In this document: in pieces, positions 1 to 11,400 of the stretch
Position numbering within the stretch: position 1 is the first letter of the stretch
Layout of the letters: each line of letters begins with the position of its first letter
DNA from: Balanoglossus misakiensis
Taxonomy: Eukaryota; Animalia; Hemichordata
Direction: 5' to 3'
Length of the DNA: 64,000 bases
Assembly (NCBI GenBank): GCA_040954595.2
Contig: CM082597.2
Location: 6,721,849 to 6,785,848 of the forward strand
Position numbers and translations under genes: made by a program
The notes under the pieces: model-generated
Databases searched by the model: none
Told to the model about the DNA's origin: nothing
The model's input: only the letters and a program-made list of their open reading frames with translations

Positions 1-256
1 TGTGACTTGACAAGCATTTGCAGACACTGTACAGGCCATCCAGATGAAACCACATTGGAAACGACACCAAAACATGCTAACATACTAAAGTGACTTGGCA
101 AACAACTGATATCAGCCATATGTGGTTTATTTTCCAGTCATCGATGACAGCGCGAGACTTCATTCTGACCTTTCCACCCCCGACAGTATGGTTCAGCCCA
201 TTGTTTTCAATGATATGGTTTAACCCATATACTAGAAATGGGGTGAAAGTCTCTCT

Positions 257-383
257 CTATGTTCTATTTTGTTGTGAAGCTGTCAACTTAATAATTCTTC
301 TTCCCAAGTGGGCATTGTGTTGTTGCAGGTATCTAATCATATCAGCTTGCTTCTCCAAAATATCATCCACCTGATTACTATCC
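257..383 (-). CDS. TMEM192: Duplicated copy (distal) of the TMEM192 terminal coding exon
   Basis: Acceptor ...gttacag|G GAT AGT AAT. Encodes DSNQVDDILEKQADMIRYLQQHNAHLGRRIIKLTASQQNRT*, resembling the TMEM192 C-terminus (EKQ.D.I.YL..HNA.L..R). AATAAA on the - strand at 126-131. Whether it is used is unknown. Confidence 0.75.
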
Positions 384-544
384 CTGTAACAAACAAAATA
401 CAAAAACACTCATTAAAATCACAAATTTACTTCAATTCCAACACAAGTTAGCAATTTGACGCGCTCGCGTTTGTGTGTGGCTGGGCAGCAGGTGTCTGTC
501 GATGTCAAACTGCCATAGCTGTAGTATACTATGTTTACAGTATA

Positions 545-709
545 CAGTCAAACCTGTATTAGTGGCTACCTCTATATAGTGGCCACTTTGTTACAGTCCC
601 TGTGCAATTTACATATGCATTAATTGACCTGTATATAGAGGCCATTATCTGTCTATAAAGGCCAGTTCAGGAGAGTCCCTTAACTGGCCACTATAGACAG
701 GTTCGACTG
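545..709. mobile_element. Tc1/mariner-type MITE (TA-flanked)
   Basis: TA|CAGTCAAACCTGT ... ACAGGTTCGACTG|TA. Further copies at 17870-18034 and 26484-26628, partial at ~13869-14009, inverted at ~35260-35439. Confidence 0.75.
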
Positions 710-1399
710 TACTACAGCAGATCAACATCATCAGGCACCTGTGCATGGGTCCTAATACAATGTAATTGTTCTAACTGTGGCCAAAACAAATTTGCTGGCA
801 TACCAAATCCCCACCCCCAGAAATCAAATGGTTAATCTCCCCTAAGAAACAATACAACATATTTATTCCACATAAAGTGTAGAAAGAATTATTATCATAC
901 AATCAGCCACTGACTCACACAGTAACCTGCAATATAGGCCAACTCTTTCATTCTCTGTCAAAGTTTGCAACTGTTATCTTTGTGTAAAGAATTGTCCATT
1001 GTGTTACTTCCAGAACTTTTGACCTCAACTTGTGGGTGGATTCAACACCCCAGCCAGTTTAAAAATAGCTGTACTAGCCGAGATAAGAAGTGAATAGAAA
1101 TTGCTGACTAACAGTTAAATCAAAAACTGTTTATCTAGGAAATGAAGCCAAATGAAATGAAACTTAATTTCATATACAAGCAGCAAAAAATATAATAATA
1201 TGATCTGATGTTTTTGTAGTGTTGCTATGGTAACACTGTCAGTTGCCACCAAGTTGTCTTCAAGAAAAAAAAATTCACATTTCACTATTGGTATAATACC
1301 ATGTATCAGGATGAAATATGGTTCCTCACACAAATTCTGTATTGGGAAATTGGTTGCCAGAGATGGAACTTTCATGCAGACACAATGTGTATGTTTATA

Positions 1400-1620
1400 A
1401 TTAAGCAATAAAACACCCCCAGCCATGGTATACCTTGGCTGGGGGTGTTTTATTGCTATTATATTATGCCAGTATATTGAAACTTTGCATAAAACATTTT
1501 TAAAAGGCATTTTCTTTGACTATGATATATGACTGTGGTATATGGCTAATATATCACGGTCACGTGTCGTGTCTCGACCAATCAAATAGCGTGATTTACA
1601 CCATCAATATACTAGTATAA
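1400..1620. mobile_element. Non-autonomous insertion with a terminal palindrome, unique to unit 1
   Basis: Absent from paralogous sites (~15960, ~18717). Contains the 54-bp near-perfect palindrome 1404-1457 (agcaataaaacacccccagccatggta|taccttggctgggggtgttttattgct). Confidence 0.7.
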
Positions 1621-1621
1621 T

Positions 1622-1779
1622 ATAATTTGCAATGAATGTTTGCAAAGATTTGTGAAAATACAAGAAGAGACAAATAATTTGCAAAAATGTTTGCAAAGAT
1701 TTGTGAAAATACAATTGAAGAGACAAATAATTTGCAATGAATCTTTGCAAAGATTTGTGAAAATACAAGAAGAGACAAA
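1622..1779. repeat. ~52-bp tandem repeat (x3) upstream of TRIM-1
   Basis: ataatttgcaatgaatgtttgcaaagatttgtgaaaatacaagaagagacaa x3. One copy at ~15962 and one at ~18718; about 1.7 copies at 27865-27953. Confidence 0.85.
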
Positions 1780-2140
1780 CAGCTCACAATGTCTAATGAG
1801 TACCAAGAAATCTGGGACGGTTCATTGGTATAATGTGATGATGTGTCCCACTTTCAGTTCAATATATCGGTATTTGTCAACTGTACCCAGTCAAAGTTTA
1901 CATTCATTCTCTTCTCAGTGATTCATTGTGTTCAAGTTTGACCTTTTGACCTCAACTCTCAGGTACTCAGCCGGTACTAGGTAGACTCTGGTATTTGCTG
2001 AATCACTGAATTCAATTTATCATCTGACTTCGGTGGCTTGCCAAGTTTTTATAAACCCCCTATCTTAGTCAAAATTAATAACACTATACTGAACAGTGTG
2101 TTGCTATGTGATCACAAGCATTTTGACTCGAGCTTCAAAG

Positions 2141-4099
2141 ATGGCTGCAGCATATCCTGGAGGTTTTGAGTTAGACAAAGTTCTGAAAGAGCTTGGTGAG
2201 GATTTCCTCTCCTGTGCGATCTGTCTGGAACTGTTCAAGAAACCCAAAGTCTTGCCATGTGACCATTCATTCTGTGAGTCGTGTCTGACAAAGTTGGTGA
2301 AAGGAAAAGGTCGGTTGAAGTGTCCAACATGCCGTGAGGTATGTAAACTTCCTGCTGGTGGAGTGCCTCAATTGAAAGGTAACTTTTTCATCAACTCATT
2401 GGTCGATCTTTATCAGAGACAAGGTCCCAAAGGACAGGCCAAGTCTATGTGCAGTGGCTGTGGAGATAATGCAGCATCTCACCAATGTATTGACTGCAGT
2501 GAAAGGCTATGCACTTCCTGCACAAAATCACACCAGAAGTTTCTGAGAGGTCACAAGGTCATGACACTAGACGAATACAACAACACAAAATCGTCAACTC
2601 TCTTGAAGCAACAAAAAGTCTTCTGCAGTGTCCATCCTGAAAATGTTGTGAAATTCTACTGTGAGACCTGTAAGGTTATTGTGTGCACAGACTGTGCTAT
2701 TACCAAACATCCAAGTCCCAAACACACCAACACAGATCTGCAAGATGCTGCAAATGACTACACCAAACAGTTGAGAGATCTGTTGTGTCAGGTGACAGAA
2801 AAAGAATGGGGAGCAAAGACAAGCACAACACTGGCCAAACTGAAGAGAGAGACACTGATGGTCGAATGCCAGGAGGAAGAACAGAAAGTGAGACAGAAAA
2901 CAGCAAAGGTCATACAGAAGGCACAGAGGGAGGAGAAACAGTTGATTAAAGAGCTGCAGACAAAATATGGACAGAGAGTAAAGCAGACGGAGGCTCAAAT
3001 AGATGAATGGGAACTGAAACATGGCAACATTGCAAGCCAACGCTGCTACATAGAGACACTGATGCATCATGGGACACCAGCCCAGATCATGGCCACCAAG
3101 CAGGAGACAATACATCACATGGAGGAAATTATCTCCATGGAGACAGAAATTGATGCCAAAGTGGACATGGTGAAATTCCAGCCAGCTGAGGAGACCAAAG
3201 ATGGAGGAATGCTGGGATTGCTTCGTGAAGATTCAGTGTCAGTAGAGACAAAGAAAGGCTTGGTGAAGACCATTGGATGTAAAGGTAATAAAAGTGGCCA
3301 GTTCAATTGCCCTCTAGGTATCAGTATTAACAGACACGGAAACTTTGTCACTGCTGATGCTGGTAACAAGAGAGTACAAATCACTGACAGGGATGGGAAT
3401 TACAAATCAAGTTTCACATTCACTCAGTTTGCACAGCCTTTCTCACCATTCGATGTTGCAATATCAGCTGATGATGAATACTTCATGACAGATTGGTTTA
3501 ACAAACAAATAGTTGTGAGTGATGAGAATGGGTCTCTGATCAAATGCTTTGGGAAAGAAATCAAGAATCCCCTGCGCCTTGCTATTAGTCCTGTAGATGG
3601 AAGTGTGTATGTGAGTGATTGGGATGGAGAGGTCAGTGCTGACACAGACAAAGAGGGTCACTGCATCAGGAAATACACACATGATTGTCAGTACATCAAA
3701 TCATTTGGGAGTTTGGGCACAGGACAGGGACAGTTTGAAGGGCCGGACTTCTTGACTGTTGACAGTTGCGGAGTAGTGTTTGTATCAGACAAGAACAACC
3801 ATCGCATTCAAGCATTTAATGCAGATGGTGAGTTCCTGTTTGCATTTGGAGGTGTTGGTGAAGGTGATGGTAAGATTTATCGGCCAACAGGAATAGTGGC
3901 TGATAAAGCAGGATATCTGTATGTCTGTAACAAGGGAAACAACATAGTGCAGAAATTTGACAACAGAGGTAAATTCATCTGTCGCATTGATAAAGCTGAG
4001 GATGGGTTAGATCGCCCACAAGGTGTCGCTGTGACAGATGACATGGAAGTAGTGGTTGCTGACTGGGGCAATCACTGCCTCAAAGTCTTTGCACAGTGA
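2141..4099 (+). CDS. TRIM-NHL E3 ligase, copy 1 (RING, B-box1, B-box2, coiled coil, 6 NHL repeats; 652 aa; intronless CDS)
   Basis: C3HC4 RING CAIC...LPCDHSFCESC...CPTC; B-boxes CSGC..CIDC..LC..C..H and CSVH...YCETC..VC..C...H; NHL blades (F..P.GI, D..N.R(V/I)Q). First ATG (aagATGg) is at 2141; the ORF-track start 2096 is a GTG. No filamin domain seen. Confidence 0.93.
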   Translation: MAAAYPGGFELDKVLKELGEDFLSCAICLELFKKPKVLPCDHSFCESCLTKLVKGKGRLKCPTCREVCKLPAGGVPQLKGNFFINSLVDLYQRQGPKGQAKSMCSGCGDNAASHQCIDCSERLCTSCTKSHQKFLRGHKVMTLDEYNNTKSSTLLKQQKVFCSVHPENVVKFYCETCKVIVCTDCAITKHPSPKHTNTDLQDAANDYTKQLRDLLCQVTEKEWGAKTSTTLAKLKRETLMVECQEEEQKVRQKTAKVIQKAQREEKQLIKELQTKYGQRVKQTEAQIDEWELKHGNIASQRCYIETLMHHGTPAQIMATKQETIHHMEEIISMETEIDAKVDMVKFQPAEETKDGGMLGLLREDSVSVETKKGLVKTIGCKGNKSGQFNCPLGISINRHGNFVTADAGNKRVQITDRDGNYKSSFTFTQFAQPFSPFDVAISADDEYFMTDWFNKQIVVSDENGSLIKCFGKEIKNPLRLAISPVDGSVYVSDWDGEVSADTDKEGHCIRKYTHDCQYIKSFGSLGTGQGQFEGPDFLTVDSCGVVFVSDKNNHRIQAFNADGEFLFAFGGVGEGDGKIYRPTGIVADKAGYLYVCNKGNNIVQKFDNRGKFICRIDKAEDGLDRPQGVAVTDDMEVVVADWGNHCLKVFAQ

Positions 4100-4122
4100 A
4101 AGTGTCACATCTCAATGTATCA

Positions 4123-4310
4123 ACTGTAGTGAAACCTGTCTATAAACCAGACACCAATGGGAGTGAGAATATATGGTTCGCTTTGCAGAGGTGTCTGGTT
4201 TACAGAGGGTCTTTCAACATGTGGTTTTATGTGAAGGGCACTGGAAAGACTGTTCAGTATAGACAGGTTTCTCGATCAGACTGAGTTTGGTTTAGACAGA
4301 TTTTACTGTA
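4123..4310. mobile_element. Degenerate MITE in the TRIM 3' region
   Basis: Imperfect inverted ends (tgtagtgaaacctgtcta ... tagacagattttactgta) similar to the 545-709 family. Present after all three TRIM stops. Confidence 0.45.
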
Positions 4311-5610
4311 TTTCACTGAAATAAGGCTTACATGTGAAGGTGATGGCAGAACCTGGATGCATATATGCCACATTGGTTTGTAGATTAAGGCCCACTATTT
4401 GTTTGTTCAGTATTTCTGTCTGTAAATATGAACTTTAGTTCTTATTCCACACTATAATACAATTCCAAAATGGCCACTGTTCAGTTTCTTGAAAGAACCT
4501 AGACATGTGCATCATAATTATTGTTGATCAAAGAATTGAATTCAATTCAATTTTCAGCAAAAATAATGCTATCTGTACACATATAGGCTGAACATTGCAT
4601 CATATGCTGTAGGGGTTTCAACAACAAACTGCAGTTGATACAAACAACAACAAAACAAGCAGACACTTGCTGTCACAAAAACTTGAGATGATGACTAATG
4701 TATCGCTCAACTTCAGATTGCATCTGAAGTCACACACATGAAACCAACTGTAGAATGACTTATGACGGCAAACTGGTTGCCTGAGGTTCCTATTCTTCTG
4801 CAGAGACCATGTGCATACAACACTCTCACAACTATAGTTGACATTTCTGTTGGAATAGACAGATTTCTCCCAAAAGAGACATCTCTTTGATTCTTATGAG
4901 AGAACCCCCAGATTTGAAGGAGGAAATGTTTTTCCCATTTGTATCCATGTCAGCCCGATTGGAAAGATGGCAGCAAACTTGTAGTTTTTTTTTCCAGAGA
5001 TGACAAATCTTTCCGAAGGGGGGCATGCAAGTCATAGAGTATTCACATCAGCTGATATTTTTTATTGAACTCAATATTGAGACTTTGAATTTTGGGTTCT
5101 GAGTATAACCAAGATTACACAATTTAAATATTTTTGTGGTGTGGGTTTTTTTAGGTTTAGAAGTATCTTTGAAAAGATTTGTATTTCATGAAGGGACTAT
5201 GTCGCAGTCAACAGTGGCAGCAAAAAAAAAAAAAAAATTATTGACAAAAAATATTTTAGTACTTTCTATGAAGTTATCATGAATTTTGCAATTTGTCTGT
5301 AACATATTGTGAACATTTTACATTGTTTATAATTAATGCAAAGTATATCTGTTGTCCAATTGCTACATTAACACTTTACTGACTAACGATTCCACTGTTG
5401 CCAAGGTGACACTGATAACATGTTGTTTATTGAGTATGTCATGACCGCCTTGTTAATGTACAATTTTTGTCAGTAAAAAAATCTACAGTGACTTTTCACC
5501 GACACAAATCTGACTACACCCAGTTGGAGTCAGAGTCTTTGATATTTTGATGTAAACAGACAACTTTTTTCATCATTTTTCATGTCTTTTAAAGACAAAA
5601 AAGACAAAAA

Positions 5611-6026
5611 AATAATTTCGGAATTCTGGATAATTTATCAGAATTTCCTTTTAATCTTGGATTTCCTTCAACAGACATAAGTGTTGCCATCACCTTGATG
5701 CAACTGTTTCATATAATTCTCTAACAAAATCTGCTGAATTTGTTTTATTCAGCTGATTTTTTCCCCCAAAATTCAGCTGTAGTTTTCACTGATTTTTGCT
5801 TTTTTCCCCATAATCCTGTTGAATTTTTCACTGATTTTTCCCCCAAAAAATTCAGCAAAATTTTACACCAATCAGAGACTTTTGGAAAGGTGTGGCACAA
5901 AATATAGGATTAAAACAAAAATCTAAAGTCACATTTATAAACTTTTAATTATTATTTCTTCACCAATATTAAAAGTTTTCAAATATGAAACGTATTATTT
6001 TTGAAATGTGGAATTCCGAAATTAGT
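5611..6026. mobile_element. TIR-bounded non-autonomous element
   Basis: aatttcggaattc ... gaattccgaaatt inverted ends. Also present at ~31772-32185; absent at ~7130 and ~23030. Confidence 0.55.
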
Positions 6027-6039
6027 TTGGAACATGTAC

Positions 6040-8135
6040 ATATATAATTCAGCTCTATAACAAGACCAATGTTTTTTAGATCACTACATTTATTGAACAT
6101 TTCCACCATGTTATTTTTTGTGGAACAATGTTATCACATTTAGATGAATGATGAATTCATAGCTGAGTGTTATAAATATGTCTGTTGATAAATAATTTCA
6201 AAATATGTTTTCAGATTTTCTTTACTACAATTCAGAGTACTTCCTTAACCCTTTCACCCCCATTTCACTGTGTAAAGGTCCAACTCTGCCATTGGAGAAC
6301 AATGGAGTTAGACCAAACCATGGTGGAGAAAGGGTTAAAACAACTTAGCCTCTTCAGATCCTAATGTGTGTAGGTACTGTTTTTTAATCCATTTTAGTTT
6401 TTGAGCTTTAGTTTTTGAGCTTTAGTTTTTGAGATAACATGTAATGTGTTGACTGTTATCAGTGGTTTTCTACTTTCATGGACTTTAATCAAATTTCCTG
6501 TTTCAACAACTTTTTGTCATTTTACGGGAAATCATAGAATTCATTATTTGCAACATGTTGTCCTCACTTTATTTTTCCTGACTTTGTTTTTGACGATATA
6601 CATTTATAACTCATAAATAATCTGGACAACAAACATGAAAATTATTGATTATTTGGTTGACGATCGATGGACACTAATAACTCACAAATCTGGACAATGA
6701 ACATTACTGAGTTGTTTGGTTGACTGTTTTGAGACCTATTGTATGTTAGTATAATCACCAAGACACTATTTCTGTCGACTTCAGTACTTATCACATGAAC
6801 ATTCGACCACTTAACTTTAATTTACGACGACACAGCTAGCAACATTTTTTTGTAACCATTTAAATTCCTGTAGATTTCTTGATGAGGGGTTTATTATCGG
6901 GTCAACAGTGGCCTTGACATAAATTTGTTAGTGGACCACAATTTTTGGTGAAATCATTCAGTATTTTTTTTTTAAATAACCAAGAATACACTGTAATCAT
7001 GTTTAGTTTGTGTGGACTAACAGCTGATACATTTTAAGTGCAAAATTATATACATGTGGTGCATAAACAGGTTTTCTTTGATATTTTGATGTAAACAGAC
7101 AATTTTTTCTTGATTTTTCATGTTTTTAAAGACACATGTAGAATTCAGCACTATAACATGACCAGTGGTTTTTTAGTCCATTACATTTATTGAGCATTTC
7201 CACCATGTTATTTTTTGTGGAACAATGTTATCACACTTAGATGAATGATGAATTCATAGCTGAGTGTTATAAATGTCTGTTGATAAACAATTTTAAAATA
7301 TGTTTTCAGATTTTCTTTACAGAGTACTTCCTTAACCCTTTCACCCCCATTTCACTGTGTAAAGGTCCAACTCTGCCATTGGAGAACAATGGAGTTACAC
7401 CAAACCATGGTGGAGAAAGGGTTAAAACAACTTAGCCTCTTCAGATCCTAATGTGTGTATGGTACTGTTTTTTCATCCATTTTAGTTTTTGAGCTTTAGT
7501 TTTTGAGATTACTTGTAATGCGTTGACTGTAATCAGTGGTTTTCTACTTTCATGAAATTTAATCAGATTTTCCTGTTTCAACAACTTTTTGTCAATTTAC
7601 AGGAAATCATAGATACATTATTTGCAACATGTTGTACTCACTTTATTTTTCTTGACTTGGTTTTGACGATAACACATATAACTCATAAATAATCTGGACT
7701 GCAAACATGCAAATTATTGATTATTTGGTTGACGATCGATAGACACTTATAACTCACAAATCTGAACAATGAACATTACTGAGTTGTTTGGTTGACTGAT
7801 TTGAGACCTATTGTATGTTAGTATAATCACCAAGACACTGTGTTTCTGTCGACTTCAGTACTTATCACATGAACATTGGACCACTTTATTTTACGACCAA
7901 ACAGCTTGCAACATTTTTTTGTAACCAATTTAAATTCCTGTAGATTTTTTGATGAGGGGTTTATTATCAGGTCAACAGTGGCCTTGACATAAATTTGTTA
8001 GTGGATCACAATTTTTGGTGAAATCATTCGGGTTTTTTTAAATAACCAAGAATACACTGTTATCATGTTTAGTTTGTGTGGACTAACAGCTGATATATTT
8101 TAAGTGCAAAATTCATGTGGTGAATAAACAGGTTT
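6040..8135. repeat. Local ~1-kb direct duplication within unit 1
   Basis: ~6040-7075 is repeated at ~7135-8135; single copy in units 3 and 4. Confidence 0.8.
6249..6334. mobile_element. piggyBac-type mini-MITE
   Basis: TTAA|CCCTTTCACC ... GGAGAAAGGG|TTAA. Copies at ~7336, ~23247 and ~32408. Confidence 0.7.
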
Positions 8136-8191
8136 GCATAATTTCATTACGTTTCATATGTTTATATTTTTATAAGAAGCCCCAGTTAATA

Positions 8192-8341
8192 CTTGAAAGT
8201 TGGAGTTACTAGAGAATTAACACTTGTGGAATGACTGTGATTGCGAACATGTTGGTCTTTAAATATAAAAAAAAATTGCTGAAATTTTAGGGACAAGATT
8301 AAAGTTTTTAAAAATAAATACTTATATTGGTACACTATTTA
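8192..8341. repeat. Left copy of ~150-bp direct repeat flanking the LINE (putative TSD)
   Basis: cttgaaagttggag...tacactattta is repeated at 13194-13341; single copy at the empty paralogous sites (~24095-24241, ~33268-33412). Confidence 0.85.
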
Positions 8342-8470
8342 TTATTATTATTATTATTATTTTATTCATATACAGTAGGCCACCGGCCCAAATGTATACA
8401 TATGATTAATACACAAGATATGCATGAGGGTGCCCAACAAAATTAAGCATTTGAGGTTACAAAAAAAAAC

Positions 8471-11400
8471 TTAAGTTGAATCAGCTGCTGTATTTGCTCT
8501 TTTCTTCATAGCATAGAAAATGTATTTAGACAGATTTCGTATCACCGTGCTATTTTCAGACGTACAAAGCAAAACAAATTTTACATAGGATGGTGCAATA
8601 TAGAAGTGTGTAGGCAAATATTTGGCCCTTAAATCATCATAAAACGGACATACAATGCAGAAGTGAAATTCGTCTTCAATGACATTCTTGTCACAAAAAC
8701 AGCAAATTCTTTCAGGACGATTCAATAAAGGTCTATCAGATTCTATTCGTAAAGCATGTGCAGATACTCTTAAGCGACATAAGGCATTGCGATATTTTTC
8801 TTGAAGTGGAACAAAAAGGTACTTTTCCCGCCCAAATGTACACTTGAGATTACAATATGTATCCAACTTTGAATACATTGCCAGACCAGCATGCCATTCT
8901 TGAATAAAAACGTCTTGACATCGCTGTTTAAATAGACTGATAAAAGTATTTATGCACCCAACCCCTTGATTAATCCACACTTCCCCAAAACCTAGTGAAA
9001 ACAATAATTGCTTGACTCCAGAAGCCCAACAATCACGTCCCTTTTCTGCCTCAGAGTGTTCGAAATTATAACAATGGTAGGCAATACGGTAATGTGACAT
9101 CGTCAACAATTTGAACCAATATTTGATAACCCTAGTTAGCCTAAATGTGCGAATAGAAAAACGACCAAGTTCGCCCTTGACTGCAAGATTAGCTGTATTG
9201 TGTTTGAGCTTTAAAATAAAACGACAGAAATCATTATGCACTTTTTCAATCTGTTCCCCTGCATGTAACCCCCAAATTTCGCTTCCATACATCATGATGG
9301 GTAGAATCTTCCCATCAAAAACTTTGAAAGCCAGACTCACATCAATACAGTCAAACTTACATAATGCCCGCTTCACATTAAACAGCGCTTTCGTAGCTTG
9401 TAACGCTAGTTGACCTTGAGCCCGACTCCACAGACCAGAACTGGAAAATAAAATTCCAAGATAGCTGTATGCGGGAACAACCTCTACTCTCTGCCCATTC
9501 AAAAACCATTTCTCTGTAGATTTAAGTCTACCCGCTTTCCTAAAGACAATAATTTTTGATTTGGAAATATTGACTTTGAGCTTCCATTTGCTAGCATATG
9601 AAGATAAATTATTTAGTAATCTCTGAAGGCCAATTTGGGTTGTACTAAATAAAGACAAGTCATCAGCGAAAAGGAGAAAAAAGAGTTTTATAGTGGCAAT
9701 GTGAACTCCTGCATATTCATGTTCAACCGAACCCCCCAAGTCGTTAATGAATAACGTGAAAAGCAAAGGTGACAATAATATGCTGCCTTGCTGCACTCCC
9801 ATTTCACACCTGAAGAAATCTGTAATACCAGCTGGCGAACGAATGCACGCAGTTACATTAGCATACATCGATCGTAAAACAGAAAAAACCTTGCCCTTTA
9901 ACCCTGCTTTAAATAGCTTGTAAAATAAAAGACTGTGGTTAATGCGATCAAAAGCTTTTTCAAAATCAATGAAGGCGCAATACAGTCTTCCACGCAGATA
10001 TAAATACCTTGTAATAATGGTTTGCAAAATAAAAATATTATCAATAGTTGAGTATTTTTTGCGAAATCCTGCTTGTTGTTCCACTAGAGGAAAATGAATA
10101 TTCGACCAGGAAAGCAATCTCTGATAAATTATATCACTGAAAACCTTGTTAATGGTGGGTAACAATGTGATCCCTCTATAATTATTTACATCTTCCCTGG
10201 AGCCTTTTTTGTGAAGCGGGACAATCAACCCTTGCACCCATTGCTTTGGAAAACAGCCAGTGTTGAGAATTGTCTTAAAAATCTGAAGAATCAAATGTTT
10301 AAGTTGAATGGGAGAATTAATCAATATTTCTGGAGAGATCCCGTCAATCCCCGGGGCTTTGTTAGGTTTCAACCTGGAGAGCGAGTTATTCAATTCATCC
10401 ATTGTTATATCAGCATCAAGCTCAGCTAAGTCTAACTGTATATCCTGAAAGTCGTCCTCAGAGGTCAAACCCTCTAAAAAAGAATTAACTTCGTCAATAA
10501 AATCAGAATCCGATTGAGACGTATGTGTACCTGGTTCAGAAAAAAGTTTAGAAAAAAAGTTAAACCACTCGTCATTGCCAATATTTTCTGATGGTCCAGT
10601 ACATTTGGAACTAACTAGTGACCAGAAATGTTTTGAGTTCGGCTGTCTACTATACATTTCAAATTTAAGCTTCTCATTATCATAAAAAGCCCTTTTCTTA
10701 GCTTTTAATAAACACTGATAATTCTTTTTCAATTCCGTATACTTCTTCAGTGCATCTTCAGTTCTACTATTACGAAAATGATTGAGTGACCGACGTACAA
10801 CCCTTTTCATATTGGTACAATCTTGATCAAACCAGCTCTTTGAAATATTAACACCAGTGCCACCACCATGTGGTGGGCAATATTTCATATCCTCCACAGA
10901 AATATGTACTGACTCAATAAGGAGTGACGCTGCTTCAGGAATATTGCCATGGTCAAGTGCAGATGAAATATAATGCGAATAACGATTTCCTAGCTCCCCC
11001 TGCCAAAATAAATGAAAGGTGTCTCTGTGCTCCTCTTTCCAAATGTATTTTGGGAGCTCAACAACCTGCCCATTTGTCTCTATACTCCTAGTCACTGGTT
11101 GCCCCACCTTAATATTAAATAAGACTGGGTGATGATCCGACTCAGGGCGGTCAGAAATAGCAAAGTAACTAAACATCTCAAAGTTTACCAGCCTCGTCAA
11201 GACATAATCTATTACACTACCGCCTTGATCTTTTAAACAAGTGAAGTAGCCCTGGTTTTTATCTTCAAATAACCTGCCATTAACAATCCGCAACCCAGTG
11301 TGCTTACAAAAATCCAATAGTAAATGCCCATATGAATTCACTGTTTTATCTTTTGACACCCTAGGTGGCATGTGATCATCAAAAACGTACTCCTCAGTGA

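Noticed and set aside
90-374. + strand 94-aa ORF repeated at 17415-17699
   Set aside because: Antisense shadow of the TMEM192 last exon and UTR; GTG start; disrupted in unit 4.
2096-2140. 15-aa N-terminal extension of the TRIM ORFs (also 19080 and 28270)
   Set aside because: Starts at GTG; the first ATG in good context is 45 nt downstream.
2141-4099. Assigning TRIM2/3/56/71 orthology
   Set aside because: The architecture is TRIM-NHL without filamin and is probably a lineage-specific expansion; orthology needs a phylogeny.
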